Origin: Candidatus Zhuqueibacterota bacterium
GTDB lineage: Bacteria > Zhuqueibacterota > Zhuqueibacteria > Zhuqueibacterales > Geothermadaptataceae
DNA: 64,000 bases
NCBI GenBank assembly: GCA_015491485.1
Contig: WFVT01000099.1
Location: forward strand, 1,147-65,146
Reading direction: 5' to 3'
Below are positions 1 through 9,119 of the stretch, piece after piece. The notes beneath the pieces are model-generated. The model had not been told where the DNA came from. It saw only the letters and a list, made by a program, of their open reading frames with translations, and did no database searches. The translations under genes were made by a program, and so were the position numbers. Each line of letters starts with the position of its first letter. Positions within the stretch are counted from its first letter, which is position 1.

Positions 1-2523
1 CTCCTCGATGTTATTTTCATTGAAATACACCAGATGCTTGCGGTCTTCAAATAACTGCCCGTCTTCGGGAATCTCGTTGGTCATCAAAAAAGCGCCGCAC
101 AGGAGCACCTCAAAAACGCGCTGTTGAATGCCGGTCCGCCCGATCCCCAGATTGAGGACGATTTTGCTCTCGTTGTAAATGCGGGCGGCTTCCTCGTTAT
201 ACGCCTGAAAAATGTGGACATCAAACCGTTTCGCCAGTCGTTCAAACAGCGCTTTCCGATTGGGATACAGATTGCCCACAAAAACAATGTCGTATTTTTT
301 AGGCCGGAATTGTTTGTGATAAATCTCCGGAGCCGCCGCCAGAGGCAGCCAATCGACATTCCGGATGCCCAGTTCTTTATAGGCACGGATGGCATTGTAG
401 TCAAACGTATAGACTTTATCGAAAAACCGGCCATTATAAGCGAGATCGCGCGGCGCGTGTTCGGTTGAAAAAATGTCGTCCTGATACCACAGCACGGTGC
501 GGTATGGCACCTCCTGAAGCAGTGCCGGCGGAATGCCGCTGCCGCGAAAAACCAGCATCAGATGGGCGGGACGCAGCAATTTGTATTTTAAGTCATGGCG
601 ATCCGCGACATAATCCGTATGGAAGACATCACACCCCCACTGTTCCAGCACCCGTTGCACCTCGATCTCCATGCCCCAGGGGAAGTTGGTTTTTCCTTTG
701 CCGACCAGGTGGATCACCAGACGTTCTTCCTGTTCACCATCCGTCAAAAACAGTCCGTCTTCCCGGCGAATCAGGTTTACATCCCGGTACTCTTTGCGCG
801 CCAATTGAAGTCGCTTGTCTGTCATGCCGCGTTCCACTTGATTCAGCACCCAGTCCACGCTCATGGAGTGCATGCATTGCCAATCCTTGCAGTCAGCCCA
901 CCGTTCGGTATATTGGCACGGGCTGCACGGCAAATCTCGGGTCAGTACATGGACATTTTTTCCGAGGGGACGGTTTTTGGAAACTACGGTGGCGCCGAAC
1001 AGAACGAAAGTTGGCGTGCCCACCGCAGCGGCGATATGCGCCGGCGCGCTGTCGTTGCCGATGAACATGTCCGCCCGCTGAATCACCCAGGCCGTTTCCG
1101 GCAAGGTTAATTTGCCCTGTAAATCAATGACGCCGTCCGGCCAGAATTCGGCTCCGAAACGGCGGGCTTCATCCGGCCCTCCCACCGCAACAACGGTGTA
1201 TCCGCGCTCCATCAATCGCTTTGCCAGTTCGGGATAATACGGCCAGCGCTTGCGCTCCCATTCGCCGTTGTTTTGCGAAGCATTGGCCAGCACAACAAAC
1301 GGCGTTTGCAGCGGCAAATCGATTTTCGGTTGTTGGATGGCAACCTCCGGCATCGGCATATCGCCGTGGTAGCCCAGATGACGCGCCAGCTTAAAATTCG
1401 CCTCAGCCTCGTGCTCCATGCCCAGGCGCAGTTCGGTAGAAAAAACGGAGGCGACATTCCGGGAAAATTTTGCCTGAAATTGGCGTCGGGTCTGCTCGCT
1501 CCACACGCTGCACAGCGCCAGATCAAATTGTTGATCCCGCCAGTCATGCAACACCGCATCCACACAATCGAGCCCATTGAGGATGTCGGTGCTCGTTTTT
1601 TTCCCCAGCACCGTGATATGGCTCTTCGGGAACCGCTGACGCAAGGCTCTGAGCATGGGCGTCAGCATCACCATGTTGCCGATCCCCTCCTCCATCACTA
1701 CCAGCAGGCGGCGGTACACCTGTTCCACCTCGGGCCGGGATTCCCACTGCCGCGCCCGATCAACAATGCGCCGCCCCAGCGTTTCGGTTTCCGCTATATC
1801 AAGAAGCGGCCGTGCGCAAAGCATAGCTTCATATATGCGAAAATCCATTAGCCAAAGCACCGCCATCAGCGCCAGCCAGAGAGGCTTCTGATCGGGATTC
1901 GGCTGACTTTGTTGCAGCACACGCCGGGCGAGATTGCCATCATGTTTCAGGGCCAGTACCGCCAGGGCCCCGCTCAAATGCCGCCAGTAATCATCTAAAG
2001 GCTGCTTACCGATTTTCTTCAGTGCCAGTGCATTTCGCAGGGATTCGGGGACACGCTCTCGATCCATCCAACAATCGCTGTCTGGAGCATCAAGCATGCG
2101 ATCGAACCATTCCTCAGCTAAGTATATCAAAACCTCTCTCCATTTGTCCGCCTCAGGCGGTGGTGTGGATTGCACGCGAAGATAATAATCGCATAGCGCC
2201 GCGATCGCCGCACGCCGCTCCTGACTCTGCAAAAGGGTTAGCAAGTTATCCTGTACATCGCGATGCTGCGGTTCCTGATGCCAGGCTTTCCACAAAAATT
2301 CAATGGCGGTATCGATATTTCCTTCAGCCTGCGCAATGACGGCAAGGTTGTTTAAAACATCCGCGTTGGATGGATGTCGGCGTTGCAGGGCTTCCAAACG
2401 CTCACGTGCGCCGGTAAGGTCGCCCTGTTCGAATAGCTTTTCGGCAATATGGATTTCCTGGCGAAGATTCATGGATTTTTTCAGGACTGGATTCGTATCT
2501 GAGAAAAAGGATTTTTCAGGCAT
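1..2523 (-). CDS. Multidomain TPR / GT9 heptosyltransferase-like / CgeB-like glycosyltransferase (3' end runs off the window; not in the supplied ORF track)
   Basis: Hand translation of the minus strand gives one uninterrupted frame from ATG 2523 (alternative ATG 2472, MNLRQEIHIAEKLFEQG) to base 1, 841 codons. N-terminal TPR (DVLNNLAVIAQAEGNIDTAIEFL). Central GT9 motifs (RRLLVVMEEGIGNMVMLTPMLRALRQRFP; GNDSAPAHIAAAVGTPTFVLFG). C-terminal CgeB/Glyco_trans_1_2-like region (YDIVFVGNLYPNRKALFERL ... QQRVFEVLLCGAFLMTN). Track ORFs in this region are short shadow frames. Confidence 0.8.
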   Translation of the reverse strand, partial: MPEKSFFSDTNPVLKKSMNLRQEIHIAEKLFEQGDLTGARERLEALQRRHPSNADVLNNLAVIAQAEGNIDTAIEFLWKAWHQEPQHRDVQDNLLTLLQSQERRAAIAALCDYYLRVQSTPPPEADKWREVLIYLAEEWFDRMLDAPDSDCWMDRERVPESLRNALALKKIGKQPLDDYWRHLSGALAVLALKHDGNLARRVLQQSQPNPDQKPLWLALMAVLWLMDFRIYEAMLCARPLLDIAETETLGRRIVDRARQWESRPEVEQVYRRLLVVMEEGIGNMVMLTPMLRALRQRFPKSHITVLGKKTSTDILNGLDCVDAVLHDWRDQQFDLALCSVWSEQTRRQFQAKFSRNVASVFSTELRLGMEHEAEANFKLARHLGYHGDMPMPEVAIQQPKIDLPLQTPFVVLANASQNNGEWERKRWPYYPELAKRLMERGYTVVAVGGPDEARRFGAEFWPDGVIDLQGKLTLPETAWVIQRADMFIGNDSAPAHIAAAVGTPTFVLFGATVVSKNRPLGKNVHVLTRDLPCSPCQYTERWADCKDWQCMHSMSVDWVLNQVERGMTDKRLQLARKEYRDVNLIRREDGLFLTDGEQEERLVIHLVGKGKTNFPWGMEIEVQRVLEQWGCDVFHTDYVADRHDLKYKLLRPAHLMLVFRGSGIPPALLQEVPYRTVLWYQDDIFSTEHAPRDLAYNGRFFDKVYTFDYNAIRAYKELGIRNVDWLPLAAAPEIYHKQFRPKKYDIVFVGNLYPNRKALFERLAKRFDVHIFQAYNEEAARIYNESKIVLNLGIGRTGIQQRVFEVLLCGAFLMTNEIPEDGQLFEDRKHLVYFNENNIEE

Positions 2524-2677
2524 GTCGCTCTCAGATACGTTTCGGTGGGAATCAAATCAAACTCAAAATTTTTAAGGTTTTTTTATATTTGACGATAATG
2601 GTAGGCTGGATAGAACACGGAAGGCAACTGCCGCTGTCGAATCGTATCGCATTCGATGCATGTGAACGGCTTTCGGC

Positions 2678-4681
2678 TTATCCGGAGGATGGCATACTGC
2701 CGGCCATTGCAGCGAGGTGCCAAAGCAGTGCGTTTTCGATCGAATGCTGTGCGGCAAGGTCTAACAACTCCTGCCATTGCTGTTTATAACGGCCAAAATG
2801 ATATCGTTCCCGGCATATCTTCCGTAAATAGGCGGACATGGTCTCGCGTTTTTCCTGGGATGAAAGCAAGGCTTTCAGTTTGGATTCCAATATTCCGCCG
2901 ACATTGGTGTGTTCCTGCAAAGGCACCGCAGAATCCCGGTCGATGAAGTCTATTTCAGCACGATATTGCTGGGTCAAGGGGGTCACCGGCATGAGGTGTT
3001 GCGGCGGGATGATCCCGATTGTAGGAATGCCCACCGCCAGCTTTTCGACATATCCGATCATTTGATGGGAAACAAAGTATTGAACGGCCACTTGCGAATG
3101 GATCATGGACTCCCGAAGCGCCAGCTCCGGCGCGCCATCCGCATTGCAATGGGCGTTGGTCTTTTCATAACACAGGTAGCCGAAGATATCCAGAGGATAG
3201 TCTCGGTCGCGCAGATATTGCAAAACCGCATTCAATGGGCTGCCGGAATTGGTAATGCCTCCATGTGCGAAAAATATCGTTTCACGATCTCCCTGCCATT
3301 GGCCATAGTACTCCATTTTAACGCCATGAGGAATTTTCACCAACCGGAATGGATGGTTCGGGAAGGTCGCAACGTACATGTCTTCATAAAAATCTCCGGC
3401 CACCACATGAAAACAGCCTTCGGTATAAAAATCGCAATACGTCTTGATAAACTCATTATCGTGCGACCGGAAGAAAGGATAATATAAAAACGGCGCCACC
3501 GGGTACAGGATGATGGCCCGGGGATACCCAGCAAACCGCAACATTGGAACCAGGGTTTGACTGCGCAAACCGGTGATGATGAGATCATATTCATTTGGAT
3601 TGTAGCGTAAACAAAACTGGTGGGCCGCTTCTTGCATCAGTTCTGGGTACCGGTGCAAAAGCAAATTCCGGTCTAAAACCACACTGTGCTCAACACTGCC
3701 GTTATCAATAAATTTCAAAAAAGACCACAGGTCATAGCTAACTTTAAAAAGCTGCAAATCTTCAAGAGTCGCCAGCTCCTGTGTGGGGCCGAATAATTGA
3801 GCCTGCCGGTAGTAATCGGACACCACAAAATGAAACTCGTACCGGCGCAAGACCTCCGGAGACTCCAGAAGCATGTTCACAAACAGCTTCAAGATTCCGC
3901 GATGATCGATCAGCACCAACACCTTTTTGGTGGAAAAACTTTGCCGCGGCATATCGGGAAGCGTGTGTCGATAAAGCCTGGCCCTCACATTCGCAAAGAA
4001 CGGAACGTCCTGTATCGTTTTCAATTGCTGCCGGGCGTCCTCTTTTCGGCCCAGATGGATCATTAAAACCGCCTTTAGCAGGGCGTTGGCAGCTTGCAAA
4101 ACCGGCGCTTGCAATGACATCCGATCAAGCATGGCCAGGGCTTTTGGGGCATCCGGCTGCCGGAACGCATATCCGAGCGCCGTTAAAAATTGCTGAAACT
4201 CGTTTAAGGCTTCCCGCTCGTTTTCATAGCGCCGGGCCATCTGTTGTATGATGTCATCGTCTTGTTCTCTCTGGTTCCCGGTTTGCCGGGAACTCTGCCC
4301 GAGTATTTGTTCGACGGTCGCCTGCACCAGGCGGATGACGGCATCCTCCAGATACGGCTGCATTTTTGATGCCGATGCAACCGATTCCGCATGGTGCCAA
4401 CATACGTTGAGCATTCCGGATAGATCATTCCGATCGCTCAACAATGCGATCAAATTGACGAAACCGTCCTCATTTCCGGGATCGATTTCCAGACACCGGT
4501 GGAAATAAGAGATGGCGGTATCGAACTGTCCTTCATGGTACGCAATAACGCCCAGGTTATTGAGGACGTTGACGTTATCCGGAGCTTCCCGTAAAAGCCT
4601 CTCGAGAAGACGTTTCGCTTCCGTCACTCGTCCCTGTTCGAACCAGTTTTCAGCCTGCTTCGTTTGTTCTTCTATGGTCAT
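2678..4681 (-). CDS. TPR-repeat protein with an uncharacterised, possibly GT-B glycosyltransferase-like, C-terminal domain
   Basis: Track ORF 2678..4714; ATG at 4681 (MTIEEQTKQAENWFEQG) preferred. The TPR N-terminus is paralogous to the neighbouring gene (NVLNNLGVIAYHEGQFDTAISYF vs DVLNNLAVIAQAEGNIDTAIEFL). The C-terminal ~450 aa are not confidently recognised. Confidence 0.75.
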   Translation of the reverse strand: MTIEEQTKQAENWFEQGRVTEAKRLLERLLREAPDNVNVLNNLGVIAYHEGQFDTAISYFHRCLEIDPGNEDGFVNLIALLSDRNDLSGMLNVCWHHAESVASASKMQPYLEDAVIRLVQATVEQILGQSSRQTGNQREQDDDIIQQMARRYENEREALNEFQQFLTALGYAFRQPDAPKALAMLDRMSLQAPVLQAANALLKAVLMIHLGRKEDARQQLKTIQDVPFFANVRARLYRHTLPDMPRQSFSTKKVLVLIDHRGILKLFVNMLLESPEVLRRYEFHFVVSDYYRQAQLFGPTQELATLEDLQLFKVSYDLWSFLKFIDNGSVEHSVVLDRNLLLHRYPELMQEAAHQFCLRYNPNEYDLIITGLRSQTLVPMLRFAGYPRAIILYPVAPFLYYPFFRSHDNEFIKTYCDFYTEGCFHVVAGDFYEDMYVATFPNHPFRLVKIPHGVKMEYYGQWQGDRETIFFAHGGITNSGSPLNAVLQYLRDRDYPLDIFGYLCYEKTNAHCNADGAPELALRESMIHSQVAVQYFVSHQMIGYVEKLAVGIPTIGIIPPQHLMPVTPLTQQYRAEIDFIDRDSAVPLQEHTNVGGILESKLKALLSSQEKRETMSAYLRKICRERYHFGRYKQQWQELLDLAAQHSIENALLWHLAAMAGSMPSSG

Positions 4682-4957
4682 TGTGCTTCCCTGCTTTGAT
4701 GATGATATCCCCAAAGGTTATGCACCATACCGGATGGATTTTGAAATCCTCAAGGAGGTAAAAATGGCCACTATACTGAATCACGTCATTTGATTATCGG
4801 ACTGAGAGAGGATAATGGAAAGGAAATGAAGAAAAAGGCATCATTGTTGCGCGAAGTTTACACAGCATTGGGCTGGAGGGCGGGATGGCGACATCACAGG
4901 CTGCCTCCGGAAGCACACCATTGCCCCATCGCGTTCGACCGGGACAGCCTGAAACTC

Positions 4958-4982
4958 AAAAGGGAGCCTCAGCTCCCTTTTT
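4958..4982 (-). terminator. Rho-independent terminator after csrA (symmetric, could work in both directions)
   Basis: aaaa-GGGAGC-ctca-GCTCCC-ttttt: 6 bp GC-rich stem (extendable by A:T pairs) flanked by A and T tracts. The csrA stop codon (4969..4971) lies in the loop. Confidence 0.7.
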
Positions 4983-5244
4983 CCACTTTGTCACCGTTTG
5001 TGGCTTTATCCACCAGCATTTTTTTAACATTTTCTTCAATGGCGTCGGTGTCCACCCCGGCGGCTTCAGCAGCGGCTTTGTTTTCTTGCATAATGCGCTC
5101 GTAAATTTCACCCCGGTAAACGCTGATCTCCGACGGCGCCTCAATACCAACACGGATTTGCTTGCCGTGTATATCCACGATCTTAATGACGATATCGTCT
5201 CCGATTACGATGGTCTCGCCCAACCTCCTTGTCAGGACTAACAT
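4969..5244 (-). CDS. csrA: Carbon storage regulator CsrA
   Basis: MLVLTRRLGETIVIGDDIVIKIVDIHGKQIRVGIEAPSEISVYRGEIYERI is the canonical CsrA fold sequence. It lies downstream of fliW, as in Bacillus-type clusters. Confidence 0.95.
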   Translation of the reverse strand: MLVLTRRLGETIVIGDDIVIKIVDIHGKQIRVGIEAPSEISVYRGEIYERIMQENKAAAEAAGVDTDAIEENVKKMLVDKATNGDKVEKGS

Positions 5245-5268
5245 ACCTTCTCCTCGTTTCGTTTCGGC

Positions 5269-5748
5269 TCATTCAGATTTAAGTATCGGATGCTTGGTCG
5301 AGTAGCTGTCGTCAAGGAGTACCAACTGCTTCCCAATTTTCTTCTCCGTGTTGATGAGTATAGGTCCGCAAAGATTGGCTGTCGTCTTTAAAGGATCACG
5401 ATTCAAAGTAACTATAACGTACATCAACAAACTTTGCGGATTTTCAATTTGTAATTCATTTAACTCGCGTTTGGAGATATTGGGATTATAGTCCGGATGA
5501 AAGATCAGCGGATTGACCATGACAAAGCTGGTCATCGGATCATCCACACTGATCATCCACACGAACGGATAGTACTCCTCCCGCTCGACCAAAATATAAT
5601 GTTTTCGTTTCTCAAATCCCAGCAGTCCTTGCGGGAAATGATAGACATCATCCTGGCTATACTCCACACTCCCCAGTCGGGGATGGTCCAGGGAGAGTTT
5701 CTTTCTGGCTTTGCTCGTTTTTTTCGTGGTTCCTGTCTTCGCTGCCAT
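5269..5748 (-). CDS. fliW: Flagellar assembly factor FliW (CsrA antagonist)
   Basis: FPQGLLGFEKRKHYILVE ... FVMVNPLIFHPDY ... ANLCGPILIN is typical FliW. The track start (5757) is TTG; ATG at 5748 is preferred. Basic ~25 aa N-terminal extension. Confidence 0.9.
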   Translation of the reverse strand: MAAKTGTTKKTSKARKKLSLDHPRLGSVEYSQDDVYHFPQGLLGFEKRKHYILVEREEYYPFVWMISVDDPMTSFVMVNPLIFHPDYNPNISKRELNELQIENPQSLLMYVIVTLNRDPLKTTANLCGPILINTEKKIGKQLVLLDDSYSTKHPILKSE

Positions 5749-5762
5749 TGGCCTCAATTCTC

Positions 5763-6668
5763 CTAAGTGAGTATGTCCACAAGATTGGTTTGCATAATAC
5801 GAGCAGCAGCTCCAATTGCACTCCGATAACCGACCTCTTCCGAGGCCAGTTTCATGGTCAAATCAGCCATATCCGCATCTTCCAATTCGGAAATATTGCG
5901 GGTAATGTCAACCTCAGCCGTGCTCAATGCGTTGCCCATGACCTCCATTCGCACCATCCTGGAGCCCAATGAAGTGCGGGCACTGAGCGACTTGTCTAAT
6001 ACATTATCGAGCGCAGATAAAGAAGCATTAATCCCTTCGATATCATTTTTCCTCAGGCTGTCGCGAAGGCTGATCAGAGTGGCGATGGGCCCGTCTTTCA
6101 GGTTGAAAATGTCCGTCCCTGGAATATTCACCTGTATTTTTACTCCGTTTGCAATCTGGCGGTAAATTTTACCGGACGTGTCGCCGGAAAACGTCACGGA
6201 TTCAATATCCCCATTACTGTCTCGGATTTCAACGAAAGGTTGCTCTTTGGTACGAATGCCAGCAAAAAGATACTTTTCCCGAAAATTGGCATTGGAAAGT
6301 GCAACGACGTCTTCCAGAATCTGGTTGATTTCCTGCGCTATCGTCAAACGATCATCCCGAGATTTGGAAGAATTGGCCGCCTGTACCGCCAGCGATTTGG
6401 CCCGCATGATGTTTTGCTCCAACCGGTCCAGCGCCGCTTCGGTTTGTCGCATCCACGTCAAGCCGTCGTTGATATTCTTTTGATATTGCAAGGTATTGGC
6501 TTTCTCTCCACGGTAACGCTCAACTTCGCCTGCCGCCACGGGATCATCTGCATAACGATTGATGCGCTTGCCGGAAGAAAGCTTGGTCTGCAGGTCCAGG
6601 ATTCGGCGGGCCGGTCGTTCTACATTCGTAAGAACGGTCAGGTAGATTTGCTTGTTGGTTATGCGCAT
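5763..6668 (-). CDS. flgL: Flagellar hook-associated protein 3 FlgL
   Basis: MRITNKQIY ... LSSGKRINRYADDPVAA N-terminus and a flagellin-like C-terminus (AIGAAARIMQTNLVDIL). SD GGAGGA upstream of ATG 6668. Confidence 0.9.
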   Translation of the reverse strand: MRITNKQIYLTVLTNVERPARRILDLQTKLSSGKRINRYADDPVAAGEVERYRGEKANTLQYQKNINDGLTWMRQTEAALDRLEQNIMRAKSLAVQAANSSKSRDDRLTIAQEINQILEDVVALSNANFREKYLFAGIRTKEQPFVEIRDSNGDIESVTFSGDTSGKIYRQIANGVKIQVNIPGTDIFNLKDGPIATLISLRDSLRKNDIEGINASLSALDNVLDKSLSARTSLGSRMVRMEVMGNALSTAEVDITRNISELEDADMADLTMKLASEEVGYRSAIGAAARIMQTNLVDILT

Positions 6669-6715
6669 GCGTCCTCCGCCTTCAAAAGTCCTATTTACTA
6701 CCGTATTCCCTCAGG

Positions 6716-6742
6716 TGATCGGACAATTTCAAGAAAAATTAA
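6716..6742 (-). promoter_or_regulatory. Weak sigma-28-like promoter candidate upstream of flgL
   Basis: Minus strand reads TTAA-N15-TCCGATCA against consensus TAAA-N15-GCCGATAA (3/4 and 6/8), about 48 nt upstream of the flgL ATG. Confidence 0.3.
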
Positions 6743-7215
6743 GGGGTTAACCACGAATATCGCAAGGATTATTTTTAAATTATGTTAATATTCCTGAATG
6801 AATGCCCCATTACCCGGGAATTCTGTCATGACATTCATCCGCAGCACAACGGATTCTTCATCCGACTCTCTTACGAAACATGAGCTTAACCGCCCCCTGC
6901 TCTCTCCATTCATGATCTTCTGCCGTCGGTTGTTTTGTGATGATACCGGTCGATTCCCCTGATTTTTTCGTCGCAATGGCGGCGATAATCTTTGAAATTT
7001 CAGACAGATAAACCACGCTGCACCGGCTGAGGTATATGCTCTGATAGTTTCAATCTTTTTCGATTGAACAGAGTCCGGAGCAGGCTGGAATGGCTTGGGG
7101 ATATGCGGTCTTGCTTTCGCGGCAATAACTCGGTTTTCAGGCAACCATTTTTCTGCTGTGTCGGGCCTGCCCGCACTTTTATAACATGGCTAAGGGGGTT
7201 CAACGAAGGGTAAAT

Positions 7216-8586
7216 TTACCGCAGATTGATGATGGCTTCGATCATCTGATCAACCGTGGCAATCATCCGGGAGGCTGCCATGTAGGATTGCTGGTAGCGG
7301 ATCATATCGACCATTTCTTCATCCAGGTTGACTCCAATGGTGGATTCCCGCTGTAACATAGTCTGACGCGTCAATATCTCATTGGATCGGGACAGGTCTT
7401 CGGCCGTCTGGCCATCCAGCCCGACTTTCGTGACCAGGCTGGCGTAATAGTCCCGAAAACTAAAATCATCAAGAAGGGGCAGGTTTTTGAGGGCCGCGAT
7501 TCGCATGGCCTGGGTATTATCCCCGGCAGCATCTTCGGCAGCGGCAATGATTTTATTGACGTCTTCTTCTATCTGGGGATCGAGGCGGATGGTTCCTGCA
7601 GTGATATAGCGGTTATCGAAAAAGTTGAAACCGGTTTCTCCATCCAGAGTGTAACCTACTTTATGATAGGCGTTGACCTGCTCCACCAAATTGCGGGCGA
7701 GCGTGTTCAAAGCATCTTCGTATTCCGGAATAATTTTGTCGCGCAAATCGAGTAGCGCTTTTAATTCACCGGACTGCAGATTCGGTTCGTTGCCGTCGGG
7801 TCCTAACACATTGACCACGGGCAAATCGTTGTTATTGACGACTTCCGTGGTGAGTTCCTGGTAAAATGCGCCTTCCACCAGACTGGTAGAACCAATGTAA
7901 ACCGCAATACCGAGGTTGCTTCGTTCAAAAACCTGTATATCCGCCAGTTCAGCCAGTCTGTCCAACAGCCGATCCCGCTCGTCCAGTAGCTCATTGGCGT
8001 TGCTGTTTTTGGCACCGGCTGCTGGGATCTGACTGTTGAGTTCCGCAATTTTTTTGATGATGGCGTTGAACTCATCCACCACCTTGCTGACCCGGTTGTT
8101 TATATTTTCCTTTTGCCATTTCAATTTGTTCGCGGTCTGCTGAAAGGCATCGGTCAGGGCAATGGCGCTTTCGCGCAGGGCAATTCGCGGCTGCACGCTT
8201 TCCGGATCATTGGCGAGGTCCTGCCAGGCGTTGAAAAACGCATCCATCTTGCTGCCGATCCCGGCTTCGTCGATTTCCGTAAAAATCGAATCGATTTGGC
8301 GCATGAACTGGGCTTTGGTTTCCCACTCTTTATACGCGCCATTGGCATCCCGATAGAGCCGATCCGTCAGGGCGTCACGCATGCGGGAGATGCTTTTCAC
8401 CTGCACACCGAGACCAATGGTTCCCCACGGCGTCCGGAGGCTGCCGACCTGCTCCAGGTCCGTTCGCTGCCGGGAGTACCCCTCGGTATTCACATTGGCA
8501 ATGTTATTTCCGACGATGGACTGCGCCATCTGTTGGGAAATAAGTGTGCGTTTTCCAAGTTCGAGAATTCCAAATAGTCCGGGCAT
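7216..8586 (-). CDS. flgK: Flagellar hook-associated protein 1 FlgK
   Basis: MPGLFGILELGKRTLISQQMAQSIVGNNIANVNTEGYSRQ N-terminus and a conserved C-terminus (MIRYQQSYMAASRMIATVDQMIEAIINL). Confidence 0.93.
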   Translation of the reverse strand: MPGLFGILELGKRTLISQQMAQSIVGNNIANVNTEGYSRQRTDLEQVGSLRTPWGTIGLGVQVKSISRMRDALTDRLYRDANGAYKEWETKAQFMRQIDSIFTEIDEAGIGSKMDAFFNAWQDLANDPESVQPRIALRESAIALTDAFQQTANKLKWQKENINNRVSKVVDEFNAIIKKIAELNSQIPAAGAKNSNANELLDERDRLLDRLAELADIQVFERSNLGIAVYIGSTSLVEGAFYQELTTEVVNNNDLPVVNVLGPDGNEPNLQSGELKALLDLRDKIIPEYEDALNTLARNLVEQVNAYHKVGYTLDGETGFNFFDNRYITAGTIRLDPQIEEDVNKIIAAAEDAAGDNTQAMRIAALKNLPLLDDFSFRDYYASLVTKVGLDGQTAEDLSRSNEILTRQTMLQRESTIGVNLDEEMVDMIRYQQSYMAASRMIATVDQMIEAIINLR

Positions 8587-8603
8587 GGCAATCAGGTGTT
8601 TTA

Positions 8604-9119
8604 TTAAATTTGATGATTAATCATGACATTGCGTCCGGCGGTATAATTCGAAACACCCCGCCGGTTGTAGCCAAACGCCTGAGCGCGAATATCGGTCAGA
8701 TACCGAAAATAGGATTTGAAAAAGGCGCTGGAAACTTCAACGATTCGTTGATTCTCGCGGTTAACCCGTTTTGCCCGCTGGATCACCTTTTTCAACCTGT
8801 CGCTCAACGCAATCAGGGTATTTGCCTCGCGCCCCATCCTTTCACGCAACAGCTTCTCGGTTTTGGTTGAGGCCTGTCGCGGTATGCCAAGATTCTGATA
8901 AAGAGAATCGACTTCTTCTTCATAATCTTTCATGATATCGCGGATTTCTTCCACCAATTCCTGCTGCCGTTCCAGGGACTGATGCAACCGTTGCAGATCG
9001 CGCACCAGAAGCGCTTTGCGTTCTTCGAGCATTTCCTCCACCAGCTTGCCGTAGATGGAAATCTGCCGATTGAGCAGGCCGCAAATTCGGGAGATGGCTA
9101 AGCGCATGGCTATCCTCAT
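8604..9119 (-). CDS. flgN: FlgN-like flagellar export chaperone
   Basis: 171 aa helical/coiled-coil protein directly upstream of flgK. Start overlaps the flgJ stop (ATGA). Assigned by position and composition only. Confidence 0.6.
   Translation of the reverse strand: MRIAMRLAISRICGLLNRQISIYGKLVEEMLEERKALLVRDLQRLHQSLERQQELVEEIRDIMKDYEEEVDSLYQNLGIPRQASTKTEKLLRERMGREANTLIALSDRLKKVIQRAKRVNRENQRIVEVSSAFFKSYFRYLTDIRAQAFGYNRRGVSNYTAGRNVMINHQI

Noticed and set aside
84-2339. Short track ORFs across 84..2339 on both strands (84..434, 124..468, 465..1064, 595..1110, 1212..1577, 1273..1851, 2022..2339).
   Set aside because: They are all out of frame relative to a single uninterrupted minus-strand frame (2523 to 1) that encodes coherent TPR/GT9/CgeB-like domains. 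The real gene is missing from the track, probably because its stop codon lies outside the window.
4753-4793. Strong plus-strand SD (AAGGAGGT) followed by ATG and a 9-codon ORF (MATILNHVI).
   Set aside because: It is too short to support as a gene. The AGGAGG is better explained as part of the GGA-rich tract (see finding) or as chance.
6785-7144. 119 aa minus-strand ORF in the flgK-flgL spacer (also 7000..7203).
   Set aside because: It has a TTG start without an SD, a very basic low-complexity composition, and no recognisable motif. I treat the spacer as non-coding, but it is flagged as a finding.
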